Shown piece after piece: positions 30,841 to 40,995 of a stretch of DNA of 64,000 bases (the stretch's first letter is position 1; every line of letters starts with the position of its first letter). Origin of the DNA: an uncultured Acidobacteriota bacterium (GTDB lineage Bacteria > Acidobacteriota > Thermoanaerobaculia > UBA5066 > Gp7-AA6); contig CAVUAN010000019.1 in assembly GCA_963739435.1 (NCBI GenBank), positions 111,213 through 175,212 of the forward strand, read 5' to 3'. Under the pieces are notes generated by a model that saw only the letters and a program-made list of their open reading frames with translations, was not told the origin of the DNA and did no database searches. A program made the translations under genes and the position numbers.

Positions 30841-32950
30841 TGCCTCCCTTCGTCACGCCGACGAGCGAGACTCCTTCCGGTCCGCGGGCTCAAGCTGCCC
30901 CCGCCCGAACCGCCGAAGATTTCGCTGACGATCAAGATCTTCCTCGCGGCGGCGTTCCTGATCCTGGTTGCCGTCGGCGGGGCCATCGCGATTTCCGCCT
31001 ACAGGGCCCGGGCCGTGGCCGACAGGAAGATCGAGGAGGATCTCAAGAAGTCCGGGCCATCGTGGGACTCCTTCCAGGCGACGCGCTACGGGGAGCTGCA
31101 GAAGACCCTCGGCGTCGTCGTGAACAACGCCGGCATCATCGGGTTGATGGCGCAGCCCGACCCGCCAACCGTCTTCGAGGCGTTGAAGCGCGACCAGGCC
31201 TCGAGCGCTCACGCGGACTTCATGATCGCCGTGGACCCGGAAGGGATCGCCTTCGCGCGCACAGACAAGCCCCTGCCCTATTCCGTCGATTTGCGCGGGG
31301 TGCCGACGATCAAGTTCGCTCTCGACGGAAGCCAGAAGGAGGGGATCTGGCTGTCGGGCGGCAAGCTCTACCACGTCGTCGCGGCGCCGGTTCTCGAGGG
31401 CGGGCAGACCCTGAAGGGCGTCATCGCCGCAGGCTGGCAGATCAACGACGACGTGGCCCGCAGCGTCAAGAGGCTCATCAACACCGACGTCGTCTTTCTC
31501 GCGGACCAGGCCAGCCCCAAGGAGCCGGCCAAGCCCGCGGTCGTCGCCTCCACGATGCAGGAGCTGGGCGGCACCGTGCTCGGTTCGATCGAGCGGCAGG
31601 GCGGCCTCGTGCAGGCCGTCCTGCGCGAGGGCAAGACGATCGGGCCGCTCGCCCTCGACGTCTCGGGCCGGACCTACCTCGCGTACCTGCTTCCCATCCG
31701 CTCCTCGACCGACCAGCTCGTGGGCGCGGCCGTGGCCCTGCGCAGCCGCGACGAGGAGCTGGCCGCCTTCCGGCAGATCCAGAACACGCAGATTCTGGTC
31801 GGCCTGGCTGCCCTGGCGGTCGCTTTCGTTCTCTCCTTCATCTTTGCCCGCCGCATCACGGGGCCTGTCAGCCGCCTGGTCGACGCATCGGAGGCCGTCC
31901 GCGTGGGCAACCTCGAGGCCGTAGACCTGCCGGTCGAGTCGAAGGACGAGATCGGGATTCTCGCGCGATCTTTCAAAGCCATGGTCGAGGAGCTGAAGGA
32001 GAAGGACGCTCTCGAGAAGTATGTCGCCTCCCTGACGATGACCGTCGGCGCGGACGCCCAGACGCTCGTTGGAGGCCTTGGCGGCCGGCTGTCCTCGGGC
32101 GCGCCGTCGGCGGCCCGGGGCACCGAGCCCCAGGTCGGCGAGGTCTTCGCGGCGCGCTACGAGATCCAGTCCGTCCTGGGCCGGGGAGGCATGGGCATCG
32201 TCTACAAGGCGCACGACAGGGACCTCGACGACTTCGTGGCGATCAAGACGCTGCGCGACGATGCGCTTTCGGCCGACCCGACCCTGCTCGAGCGCTTCAA
32301 GCAGGAGATCCGCCTGGCGCGCCGCATCACGCACCCCAACATCCTGCGCACGCACGACCTGGGTGAGACCGGCGGGCTGCGCTACCTCTCGATGGAGTTC
32401 GTCAAGGGCATCACGCTCGAAGAACCTCGTCGAGTCCGGACAGATCCTGCCGACACCCGTGGCCCTGCGCATCGCCAAGCAGATCTGCGCGGGCCTCGCC
32501 GCCGCGCACGAGGTCGGCGTGATCCACCGCGACATCAAGCCCCAGAACATCCTGATCGAGCCGACCGGCGGCTTGAAGATCATGGACTTCGGCATCGCTC
32601 GGCTGACACAGGACCGCGGCATGACGGCCACGGGCACGGTGGTCGGCACGCCTGACTACATGTCTCCCGAGCAGGCCCGCGGCCTCGCGCTCGATTTCCG
32701 CTCCGACATCTACTCGACGGGCGTCGTCCTCTACGAGATCTTCACGGGTTCCCTCCCCTTCGAGGGCGACTCTCCGCTCGCCGTCGTCTTGAAGCATGTT
32801 CAGGAGAAGCCGCCCGCTCCGCAGACCGTGAACCCTCGGATCGACCCGAAGATCGCATCGATCGTGCTGAAGTGCATGGAGAAGGATCCCGGGCAGCGCT
32901 ACCAGACGGTCAACGAGCTCTACGAGGCGTTGACGAAAGTGACCGCCTGA
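30840..32950 (+). pseudogene. Receptor Ser/Thr protein kinase with a periplasmic Cache-like sensor, a TM segment and a HAMP domain. Two frameshifts.
   Basis: The ATG at 30840 is coupled to the upstream gene. The frame switches near the C-run at 30895. This gives TM1 KISLTIKIFLAAAFLILVAVGGAIAISAY and then ORF 31015-32655: periplasmic domain, TM2 ILVGLAALAVAFVLSFIFA, HAMP (RRITGPVSRLVDASEAVRVGNLEAV...ILARSFKAMVEEL), and the kinase start (YEIQSVLGRGGMGIVYKAHD...VAIKTL). An extra G near 32420 (ctcGaagaacctc) shifts into ORF 32069-32950 (HRDIKPQNILI, DFGIAR, GTPDYMSPEQ, ...YEALTKVTA*). Confidence 0.7.
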
Positions 32951-34054
32951 ACAATTTCCAGAGAGCTGCCCTCCCGCTCATCGCGCTCTTGATCGGCGCC
33001 TCGGCCGCCGCGCAACAACCCGACGCCCCGCAGCCCCCGGAAGAGCAGTTCTTCGACGACTCGTCGAAGCCCCATTTCACGTTCAACTGGGACTTTCTCG
33101 CGCGGTACGACTCGATCACTCACCTCCGGGTGCGCCCGGACATCGAGCGCGGCCGCTTCCAGCTGCGCCCGGAGCTCGGCTTCGACGTCTCCGACCGCTT
33201 TCGCGTCGCTGTCCGCGCCATCGGCGACCTCGGAACGGACGAGAACAGCGACAACCTGAAGAACTTCGACAACTACCACTCGAACGGCCTGACCGTCGAG
33301 CGCTACTACATCGAGGCCAAGCCGGGCCCCGTCACGATCGTGGCCGGCAGCTTCGGAATGCCGCTCGTGACCTCCGAGATGCTCTGGGACCGGGACATCC
33401 AGACTCTCGGAGCCTCCGCCTCGTGGAACATCACAGCCGGCTCGTCGACCTGGACGCTCTCGGCCGCAGGCTTCTACGGCCCCCAGCGCGACCATGACCA
33501 CACGCGAATCGGCGTCGGGCAGGCTGTCTGGCAATGGGGCGACCCGTCGGGGTTCAATCTCCAGGCCGCGGCTTCCTACTGGTACTACGACTTCCGCGAC
33601 CTGAATCCCGGCTACCTGCGCCAGAACTACATCAAGGTCGTGAACGGCCAGGCGGTGTACCTCTCGCTCTACCGCCTCCTCGACGTGTTCGTCCGCGCGA
33701 ACTTCCGGCTCGGGAGCGTGCCCGCGACGGTCAGTGTCGACGGCATCCACAACTTCGGCTCGCCCACCGACGAGGTCAACGCCATCGAGCCGACGCTCAC
33801 CCTCGGCAGCGTGGGCGCGCCCGGGCCAGGTGCGATTCTTCTACACGTTCCAGCACATCGAGCGCGACGCCCTGCCGGGCGCCTACAACTCCGACGACTG
33901 GTGGTTTCACACCTGGGCGCGGGGCCACCGGTTCGGTCTGGCCGTGACGTTCCTGCCCAACACATTCGTGCAGGGGGCCGTCGTCTTCCAGGAGCGGCTC
34001 GACCGCCAAACCTGGTTGAACCGCGTCGTGATCGACCTCGTCAAGATGTTTTGA
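32947..34054 (+). pseudogene. Outer-membrane beta-barrel (putative porin-like) protein. One frameshift, start uncertain.
   Basis: Signal peptide LNNFQRAALPLIALLIGASAAAQQ follows the kinase stop immediately. The start is CTG 32947 or the upstream ATG 32872. Alternating amphipathic beta-strands (FTFNWDFLARYDS, YYIEAKPGPVTIVAGSF, WTLSAAGFYG, ...). An indel near 33830 is followed by ORF 33734-34054, ending ...GLAVTFLPNTFVQGAVVFQERLDRQTWLNRVVIDLVKMF*. A C-terminal Phe is the typical OMP signature. Confidence 0.55.
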
Positions 34055-34075
34055 AGGATAGAATCCCCCCACGCC

Positions 34076-34483
34076 ATGACCACGAAATCTGTCGTCGCCT
34101 GCGTCGAGGATTTGTTCTTCCGCTCGAAGATCGACGCGACCGCCCGCCACCTCGACGTGGCCGTCCGATTCGCCACCGCCGCCGAGCTGGCGAAGGCCTG
34201 CGGCGAGACCGGCACCGCGGCCCTGCTGATCGAGCTGTCGGCCAGCGAGTCTCTTCAGAAAGTGCGGGCCCTTCGCCAGGGCAAGGCGACGAGGGACCTG
34301 CCCGTCATCGGGTTCCTCTCGCACGTCGACACCGCTCTCGCCGCGGAAGCGAAAGCCGCCGGCGTCACGCAGGTTCTCCCCCGCAGCCAGTTCTCCGAGA
34401 CGCTGCCGGACCTGCTCATGGACCTTCTTGCCCCCAACACCCGGCGCGAGGTGCAAGAGGAGCCGGAGCTGCCGGACGAATGA
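34076..34483 (+). CDS. Stand-alone CheY-like receiver-domain protein with a Glu at the phospho-acceptor position (pseudo-receiver).
   Basis: 135 aa. SVVACVEDLFF corresponds to the acidic pair. ALLIELSAS has E where CheY has D57. GFLSH gives S at the T87 position. No Lys at the K109 position (VLPRS). Confidence 0.5.
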   Translation: MTTKSVVACVEDLFFRSKIDATARHLDVAVRFATAAELAKACGETGTAALLIELSASESLQKVRALRQGKATRDLPVIGFLSHVDTALAAEAKAAGVTQVLPRSQFSETLPDLLMDLLAPNTRREVQEEPELPDE

Positions 34484-34567
34484 GGAAGAATTGAATCATT
34501 GAGTCATCGGATCATTGGGTCAATGAATCAATGAATCAATGAACCAATCCCCGATGGAGGAGCCGTC

Positions 34568-35660
34568 ATGAAGGGAACGACTCGAAGGGAGCTCTTCAAG
34601 CAGGCTGCCATCCTTCCCATTGCAGCCCAGATCAAGACGGCTCCGACGCGGGCCGCGGCCACACGGCCCGTCGTCATCTCGTCGGCAAACGGTCTCGAGG
34701 CGGTCAAGAAGGCGTGGAACGTTCTGCAGGCGGGGGGCGATCCGCTGGACGCCGTCGTCTCGGGCGTCAACATCGTCGAGGACGATCCCGATGACGTGAC
34801 GGTCGGCTACGGCGGCATCCCGAACGAAGAGGGCGTCGTGCAGCTCGATGCTTCCGTCATGGACGGCCGCACGATGAAGGCGGGCGCCGTCGGCGCGCTC
34901 GAGGGCATCAAGAACCCGTCGCAGGTGGCGCGCCTCGTCATGGAGCGCACCAACCGCGTCTTTCTCGTCGGGCCCGGGGCCTTGAAGTTCGCCAAGGCCC
35001 ACGGCTTCAAAGAAGAGAACCTCCTGACCGAGCGCAGCCGGAAGATCTGGCTCTACTGGAAAGAGAAGCTTTCGGACAAGGACGACTGGATCCCCCGGGG
35101 CGACGAAGAAGAGAAGGACCCCGATATCCGCTGGTACATCGAGAAGTTCGGCGCCGAAGACTTCCGCCCCCACGGCACGATCAACTGCAATGCCGTCACC
35201 GCCAGCGGCGACATCGTCGGCACGACGACGACATCGCGGCCTCTTCTTCAAGATTCCCGGCCGCCTCGGCGACTCCCCTGTCATCGGCGCCGGGCTCTAC
35301 GTCGACGGAGAGGTCGGAGCCTGCGGCTCGACGGGCTGGGGCGAGGGGAACCTGCGCTCCTGTGGCTCGCGCACCGTCGTCGAGTTGATGCGCCAGGGCA
35401 AGTCGCCTCAGGAGGCGGCCCTCGCGGTTCTCCAGCGGGTCGTGGACTTCGCCCGCGACAACCGCGACAAGAAGGGCCGGCCGGACTACAACATCAACTA
35501 CTACGCCGTGAACAAGAAGGGCGAGTACGCCGGCGCCTCGATCTGGTCCGGCACCTTCGGCAGGAGCGACGTGCTCCGCCCGGCTCGATTCGCCGTCGCC
35601 GATGCCTCGGGCGCACGTCTCCTCGAGTCCGCCTACCTCTTCAAGCGCGAGAAATCCTGA
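34568..35660 (+). pseudogene. Ntn-hydrolase isoaspartyl peptidase/L-asparaginase (glycosylasparaginase family), TAT-exported. One frameshift.
   Basis: TAT signal MKGTTRRELFKQAAILPIAA. ORF 34568-35284 covers ...HGTINCNAVTASGDIVGTTTTS. A shift near 35240 moves into ORF 35190-35660 (GRLGDSPVIGAGLYVDGEVGACGSTGWGEGNLR...), which carries the GRVGDSPIIGAG family motif. Confidence 0.65.
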
Positions 35661-35698
35661 CGCGCTAGACTCACGCGGTTTCCGAGAGGAGAACGTCG

Positions 35699-36307
35699 AT
35701 GAAGAAGCCGAAACGCGCGGCCGCCCGGAAGCCCGCCCGACCCAAGCGGAAACCGATCATGCGCCATTCGCGCGAAGGCATGAAGGCGAGGTCGAAGACC
35801 GCGCCGAGAACCCCGGCTTCCGGCCTCAAGAAGCAGTATCTCGACGTGTTTGCGCGGGAGTTTCCCACTACGTTGAAGCTCATGAGGGCGTATCCCTCGG
35901 GACGGGGCGAGTTCAAGCCGCACGAGCGCTCCTACTCGGCGGCTCGGCTCGTCCATACCTTCACGCAGGAAAACGGTGTTGTCATCGCCGCCGTTCGGCG
36001 CGAGCTCAAGATGCCGCCCAACTTCCCGCCGCCGCCGGCAACACTGGCCGACGCCATCGCCGCTTACGAGCGCGGCGCCCGATCGCTGATCGAGACCGTC
36101 ACCGCCATGCCCGAATCCCAGCTCTTCGAGACGGTGACCTTCTTCACCGGCCCCGGCCAAATGGGCGAGGTGCCCCTGATCGACATCCTGTGGCTCATGC
36201 TCATGGACTCGGTCCATCACCGCGGCCAGCTTTCCGTGTACGTCCGGATGGCGGGCGGAAAGGTCCCTTCGATCTACGGACCGAGCGCCGACGAACCCTG
36301 GATGTAG
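35699..36307 (+). CDS. DinB/YfiT-like (DinB_2) protein, second copy.
   Basis: 202-aa ORF with a basic N-terminal extension. C-terminus ...DSVHHRGQLSVYVRMAGGKVPSIYGPSADEP. The real start may be the internal MKARSK. Confidence 0.55.
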   Translation: MKKPKRAAARKPARPKRKPIMRHSREGMKARSKTAPRTPASGLKKQYLDVFAREFPTTLKLMRAYPSGRGEFKPHERSYSAARLVHTFTQENGVVIAAVRRELKMPPNFPPPPATLADAIAAYERGARSLIETVTAMPESQLFETVTFFTGPGQMGEVPLIDILWLMLMDSVHHRGQLSVYVRMAGGKVPSIYGPSADEPWM

Positions 36308-36324
36308 ACGGCTCCGGTTCTTCC

Positions 36325-39087
36325 TCACGGGCAGGTCGCGAAAGCGCTCGTGTCCTGGATCGGCTGGAACGGGGATCCCTGCGGGTTGATGTACGTCTTG
36401 ATGAGGCCGGTCTGCGTGTCGGTCACGGTCAGGATGACGTTGACGTTCGTCAACCCGCCGGCAAACGTCCAGTAGTTGGAATTCAAGCTGCAGCCGTTCA
36501 AGACCTTGATCACCATCTCGACGTTGCTCGAGGTGAAGAACCAGAAGGCGCCCGTGTCACCCGTCAGGGGAATGACCTGGCCCGCCCCGTTTCCGCCTGT
36601 CGGCGCGAACCACTGCGTCTGCACCTTGTAGCGGGAGTTGCTCAGGCAAAGCGTCGTCGCGTTGGCAACGCAGGGGACGGCCGCCCGGGCGTCCATCGAC
36701 TCCGAAACGACAGGGGGAAGCAGCGCCGTCGGGGCAAAGACGCCGGGCACCCGCTCTTCCCCGATGACGCGCGGCCGGGCATGTCGCAAACGCGTCGGTG
36801 TCCTGGATCGGCTGGAAAGGGGTCCCCTGGGGGTTCGTGTAGATCCGGACGGCGCCGGTCTGGCCGTCTGTCACCGTCATGACGACGTTGACGTCGGTCA
36901 GTCCGCCGGCGAAGGTCCAGAACCGCGAGTTCACGCCGCAGCCGTTCAAGACCTTGACCAGCATCTCGACGTTGCCGGGATTGAAGAACGTGAAGTAGCC
37001 CGTATCTCCCGTCAGCGTGTTCGCCTGGCCGACACCGATGCGGCCGTCGGAGGTCGCCCAACGCGTCGTCACCTTGAAGCGCCCACCGCTCAGACAGAGA
37101 GTCGTCGGGCCGGCAACGCAAGGCTCGATATCCAGGAAGTCGAAGGCCCCGCCTCCCGTGCCGGCGTGAATCCGGGTCGGGGTGAGGGGATCGACGGCCA
37201 GGGAAAAGACGAAGGGAACCGTCAGGCCGGCGTTGAGGGCCGTCCAGTTTCCTCCGCCGCCGGTGCTCTTGACGACCCCGCCGCCATACGTGCCGGCGTA
37301 GATCGTGGACGGTGCGGAAGGATCGATCGCCAGGGCGTTGATGTGGAAGTTGGTCAGTCCGGTGTTGACCGTCGCCCAGTTGGCCCCGCCGTTTGTGCTC
37401 TTGAAGACACCGCTGTTCGTCGCGGCATACACAGCCGGGGCCGAGGGGTCGATGGCGAGGGCAAAGACCGAGGGATCGGTCAAGCCGGCGTTGACGGCCG
37501 TCCAGTTTTCCCCTCCATTTGTGGTTTTGAACACGCCGCCGTTGAGCCCTGCGTAGACTGTCGCCGGCGCCGACGGGTCGATGGCAAGGGCATTCACCGT
37601 GGAGCCAGTCAAGCCGGTATGCGCAATCGTCCAGCTCGCGCCCCCGTTGATGCTCTTGTAGACGCCGAAGGAGCTGGCGGGACCCGACGAGCCGGCGTAG
37701 AGCGTCGACGGGTTTGTCGGGTCGATGGCGAGAGAGAAAAAGACGCCGGTCGTCAAGGCGGTCGGGGCCCAGCTAGTGCCGCCGTTGACGCTCTTGAACA
37801 CTCCGAAGCCCGGTGCTGCCGCCGACGTCCCGGCGTAGAGGATGGAGGGGTCCGACGGATCGATCGCCAGGGCATCGACCAGGTTGCTCAGCAGGCCAGT
37901 GTTCGCGGCCGTCCAGCTTGCCCCGAAATTCGTGCTCTTGAACACACCGCTGCCCAAGGTGCCGGCGTAGAGTGTGCCCGGCGTCTGTGGATTCACGGCG
38001 ACCGAGAAAACGGCCGTCGCCGTCAAGCCCGTGTTAGCCCCACTCCATGCGGCTCCACCGTTCGGAGCTCTTGAAGGCGCCTCCGTCGGTCAGGGCGTAG
38101 ATCGTCGACGCGTTGGCGGGGTCGATGGCAACGGCAAAGACGGTCGTGTTGGTCAGGCCGGCGTTGCCGGCCGCCCAGTTCGCGCCGCCGTTGATGCTCT
38201 TGAACACGCCGCCCGTCGTGCCGGCGTAGACCGTGGCCGGAGTCGAGGAGTCGACGGCCAGGCTGAAAACGGTCGCGCTGGTCAGGCTGGAGTCGATCGC
38301 CGTCCAGCTTCCCCCGCCGTTGCCGCTCTTGTAGGCGCCGCTGCCCGATGTGCCGGCGTAGAGCGTGTTGGGCGCGTTGGGGTCGATCGCCAGGGCCAGC
38401 ACCCGGACGACAGGTAGACCCGGCGTTGATGCTGTTCCAGCTCGCGCCGCCGTCGATGCTCTTGGAGACGCCGCACGTCGGTGCCGGCATAGACCGTGTT
38501 CGGGCGGTGACGACGGAATGGCCAGGGCGAAAACGTCCGGGTTGGTCAGGCCGGTGTTGTTGAGCGTCCAGCTCGAGCCGCCATTCGTGCTCTTGAAGAC
38601 GCCGCCGCCCAGGCCCTGCGTCGCGAGCGTAGAGGGTGGTCGGAGTGGAAGGGTCGATGGCAATGGCCGTGACGGTCAGGTTGAACAAGCCGGCGTTGGA
38701 CAGACGTCCAGAGGGCTCCCGCCGTTGATGCTCTTGAAGACACCGCCGCCCTGCGTGCCGGCGTAGACCGTTCCCTGCGCCGCAGGGTCGACGGCCAGGC
38801 ACGTGACGGCCCCCACGTCAGACCGCTGTCGATCGGCTCTCCAGCTCGCACCGCTGTTGAGTGCTCTTGAAGACGCCGCCGGCAAACGTGGCGACGTAAA
38901 TCGTGGTCGGGGTGGAGGGATCGAAGGCCATCGCCCGAAGGCTGCCGCCTTCCGGTCCGCCGCTCGTCCAGGTGTTGACGCCGGCCAAGGCCACGCCGGC
39001 CGTCAACGGGCAAAAGACGGCAAGGATCGAGAGGAGAAAGGTCACAGCTTTTTTGCTGCGGCGGATGGACGGCCAGAGGTTTTTCAT
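36325..39087 (-). pseudogene. Large secreted BNR/Asp-box (Ycf48-like) beta-propeller repeat protein with two tandem copies of an uncharacterised Cys-bounded C-terminal domain. Multiple frameshifts.
   Basis: Signal peptide MKNLWPSIRRSKKAVTFLLSILAVFCPLTAGVALA at 39087. More than 12 repeats of ...IDPS-P-T-YAGT--GGVFKSTNGG-(S/N)W---N-GL-- follow. These are spread over overlapping ORFs 38546-39013, 38023-38802, 38034-38663 and 36557-38026, with several indels between 38026 and 39000. At the C-terminus, the domain C-x3-TTLCLS-x-RFKV...TGDTG-F-FFNPGNVEMLVKVLNGC...WTFAGGLTDVNV..TVTD.QTG...Y.NPQG.PFQPIQDT.AFATCP is present twice. Copy 2 is ORF 36325-36789, one frame off. A shift near 36780 is implied. 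Confidence 0.6.
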
Positions 39088-39106
39088 GTTGGGCTCCTCC
39101 GATGAT

Positions 39107-40931
39107 TTAGAACCCGGGAGGTCTTTTGCTCGTGACGCCGAAAGCCCGCTCGAGGGCCATTCCAGCCCGGCCGATCGTTCCCTCGGCGAACAGCTTACCG
39201 ACGAGCGTCACGCCGTGCGGCACGCGCCGCTTGGGGGAGATGATCGGCAGGGGGTGGGCCGGGTCCGGCGCCCAGTCGCTGCGCGCCTGGCCCACCTCGA
39301 CGAATCCCGCCGGCAGGGTGAGGGAGGGATGGCCGGTGAAGTTCGTGATCGTGAGCATCTCGTCGCGCAGCGAGGGAACCAGCAGGAGATCGACCGTCTC
39401 GAAAAGGCGGGCCATCTCCCGGGCGACCTTGCGGCGCAGGCGATCGGCCTGCACGAAGTCGACGGCCGAGAGGAAGCGCGACTGCCGGAACGTGTTTGGC
39501 CAGGCGTCGGGGACCTGCATCTTCAGCGCGTCGAGGCCGCCCGACAAGGTCAGCTCCTCGAAGGCGGCGGCGGCTTCGGCAAAGAGGATCGTGTTGAGGG
39601 ACCCGTACGGCCAGTCCGGAAGGCTGACCTCGTAAGGCACCATTCCGACACGCCGAACCGTCCTCGAGTGCGGCGCGATCCACCTCGGTGGCCGGGGCTT
39701 CGTTCATCCAGGCCGGGAAGAAGCCCACTTTGAGCCCCGCAACGGGCCCGTTCGCTTCGAAATCGAGGTGGCTCGGCACGCTCGAGACGTCGCCGGGATC
39801 GGGGCCGGAAATGGCGGAGACGACGAGAAACGTGTCCTCGACGCTGCGGGCCATGGGCCCGAGCTTGTCGAGCGACCAGCAGAGCGTCATCGCTCCCGTC
39901 CGGGCCACCCTGCCAAACGTCGGCCGGAGGCCCGTCACCCCGCAGCGCATCGACGGGTCGATGATGCTTCCCTCCGTCTCGCTTCCAATCGAAAACGCGA
40001 CCAGGGCGGCCGACGTCGCCGAGCCCGGACCCGCGCTGCTCCCGCCCGACCCCTCCTCGAGGAGCCATGGGTTCATCGTCTGCCCGCCGAACCAGACGTC
40101 GTTCAACGCGAGAGCGCCCAGGCTGAGCTTGGCCAGAAGGACGGCTCCGGCGTTGTGGAGCCGCTCGACGACGATGGCGTCGGCGTCCGGGACCCGGTTC
40201 CGGAAGGGCTCGGCGCCCCAGGTCGTCTTGATCCCCTTCGTGTCGAGGAGGTCCTTCGTTCCCCACGGAATTCCGTGGAGCGGGCCGCGGTACTTTCCCG
40301 CTTTGATCTCCGCGTCCGCGCGGCGGGCCTGCGCCAGCGCCAGGTCTTTCGTCAGCGTGATGACGCACTTCAGCTTCGGATCGAACCGCTCGATCCGCTC
40401 GAGGTAGATCCCTGTCAGCCGCTCGGAGCTCAGGGCCCGAGTCTCGATCCAGCGCGACAGGGCCGTGACGGGCGCGAAGGCGATGTCCTCGTCGCGCCCG
40501 GGCAGCGGCCCCGGGCCGCCCTTGCTCGTGCTCCGCACGAACCGGTCCCGCGTGGGCCCTGCGGGTACGCCCGGGATCATGGGGTCCCAGCGCGTCGCCG
40601 GGGAGAGCGCGGGCTCGAGGGCGACCCTTTTCGGGCCAGTGCGCCGCTCCATGGTCCCCGCCATCGCCTGGCGCCAGTTTCCAGCGGCCTGTGCCCGATC
40701 GGCTGCGGTCAGCTCGACGCGCGCGAGCTTCTCGGCCTCCACGAGCGTGGCGACTGTTACCTCGGGCCCCACGGGCGGCGCCGTCCCGAACGCGGGAGGC
40801 GTCCCGGCGGCGGGTGTTGTCTGAGGAGGTGCGCCCGCCACCTGCGCCTCGGCGATCGCTCGACGCGCAGCGGCAGCGCCTGCGATTCCGGCCGCGGTCC
40901 GCGCGAGGAACTTCCGGCGGGATTCCGACAT
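39107..40931 (-). pseudogene. Amidase-signature family amidase, TAT-exported. One frameshift.
   Basis: Start MSESRRKFLARTAAGIAGAAAA (ATG 40931-40929), preceded by GGGAGGGA. Amidase signature GGSSAGPGSATSAALVAFSIGSETEGSIIDPS. The body is in ORF 39195-41456. A shift near 39650 moves into ORF 39107-39643 (C-terminal VPYEVSLPDWPYGSLNTILFAEAAAAFEELT...). Confidence 0.7.
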
Positions 40932-40995
40932 GGCGTCCCTCCCTCGCCCGAATCCTAGTTGAGTTTCTGAACGAGAAGTGAGGCGAAGACCTTTT

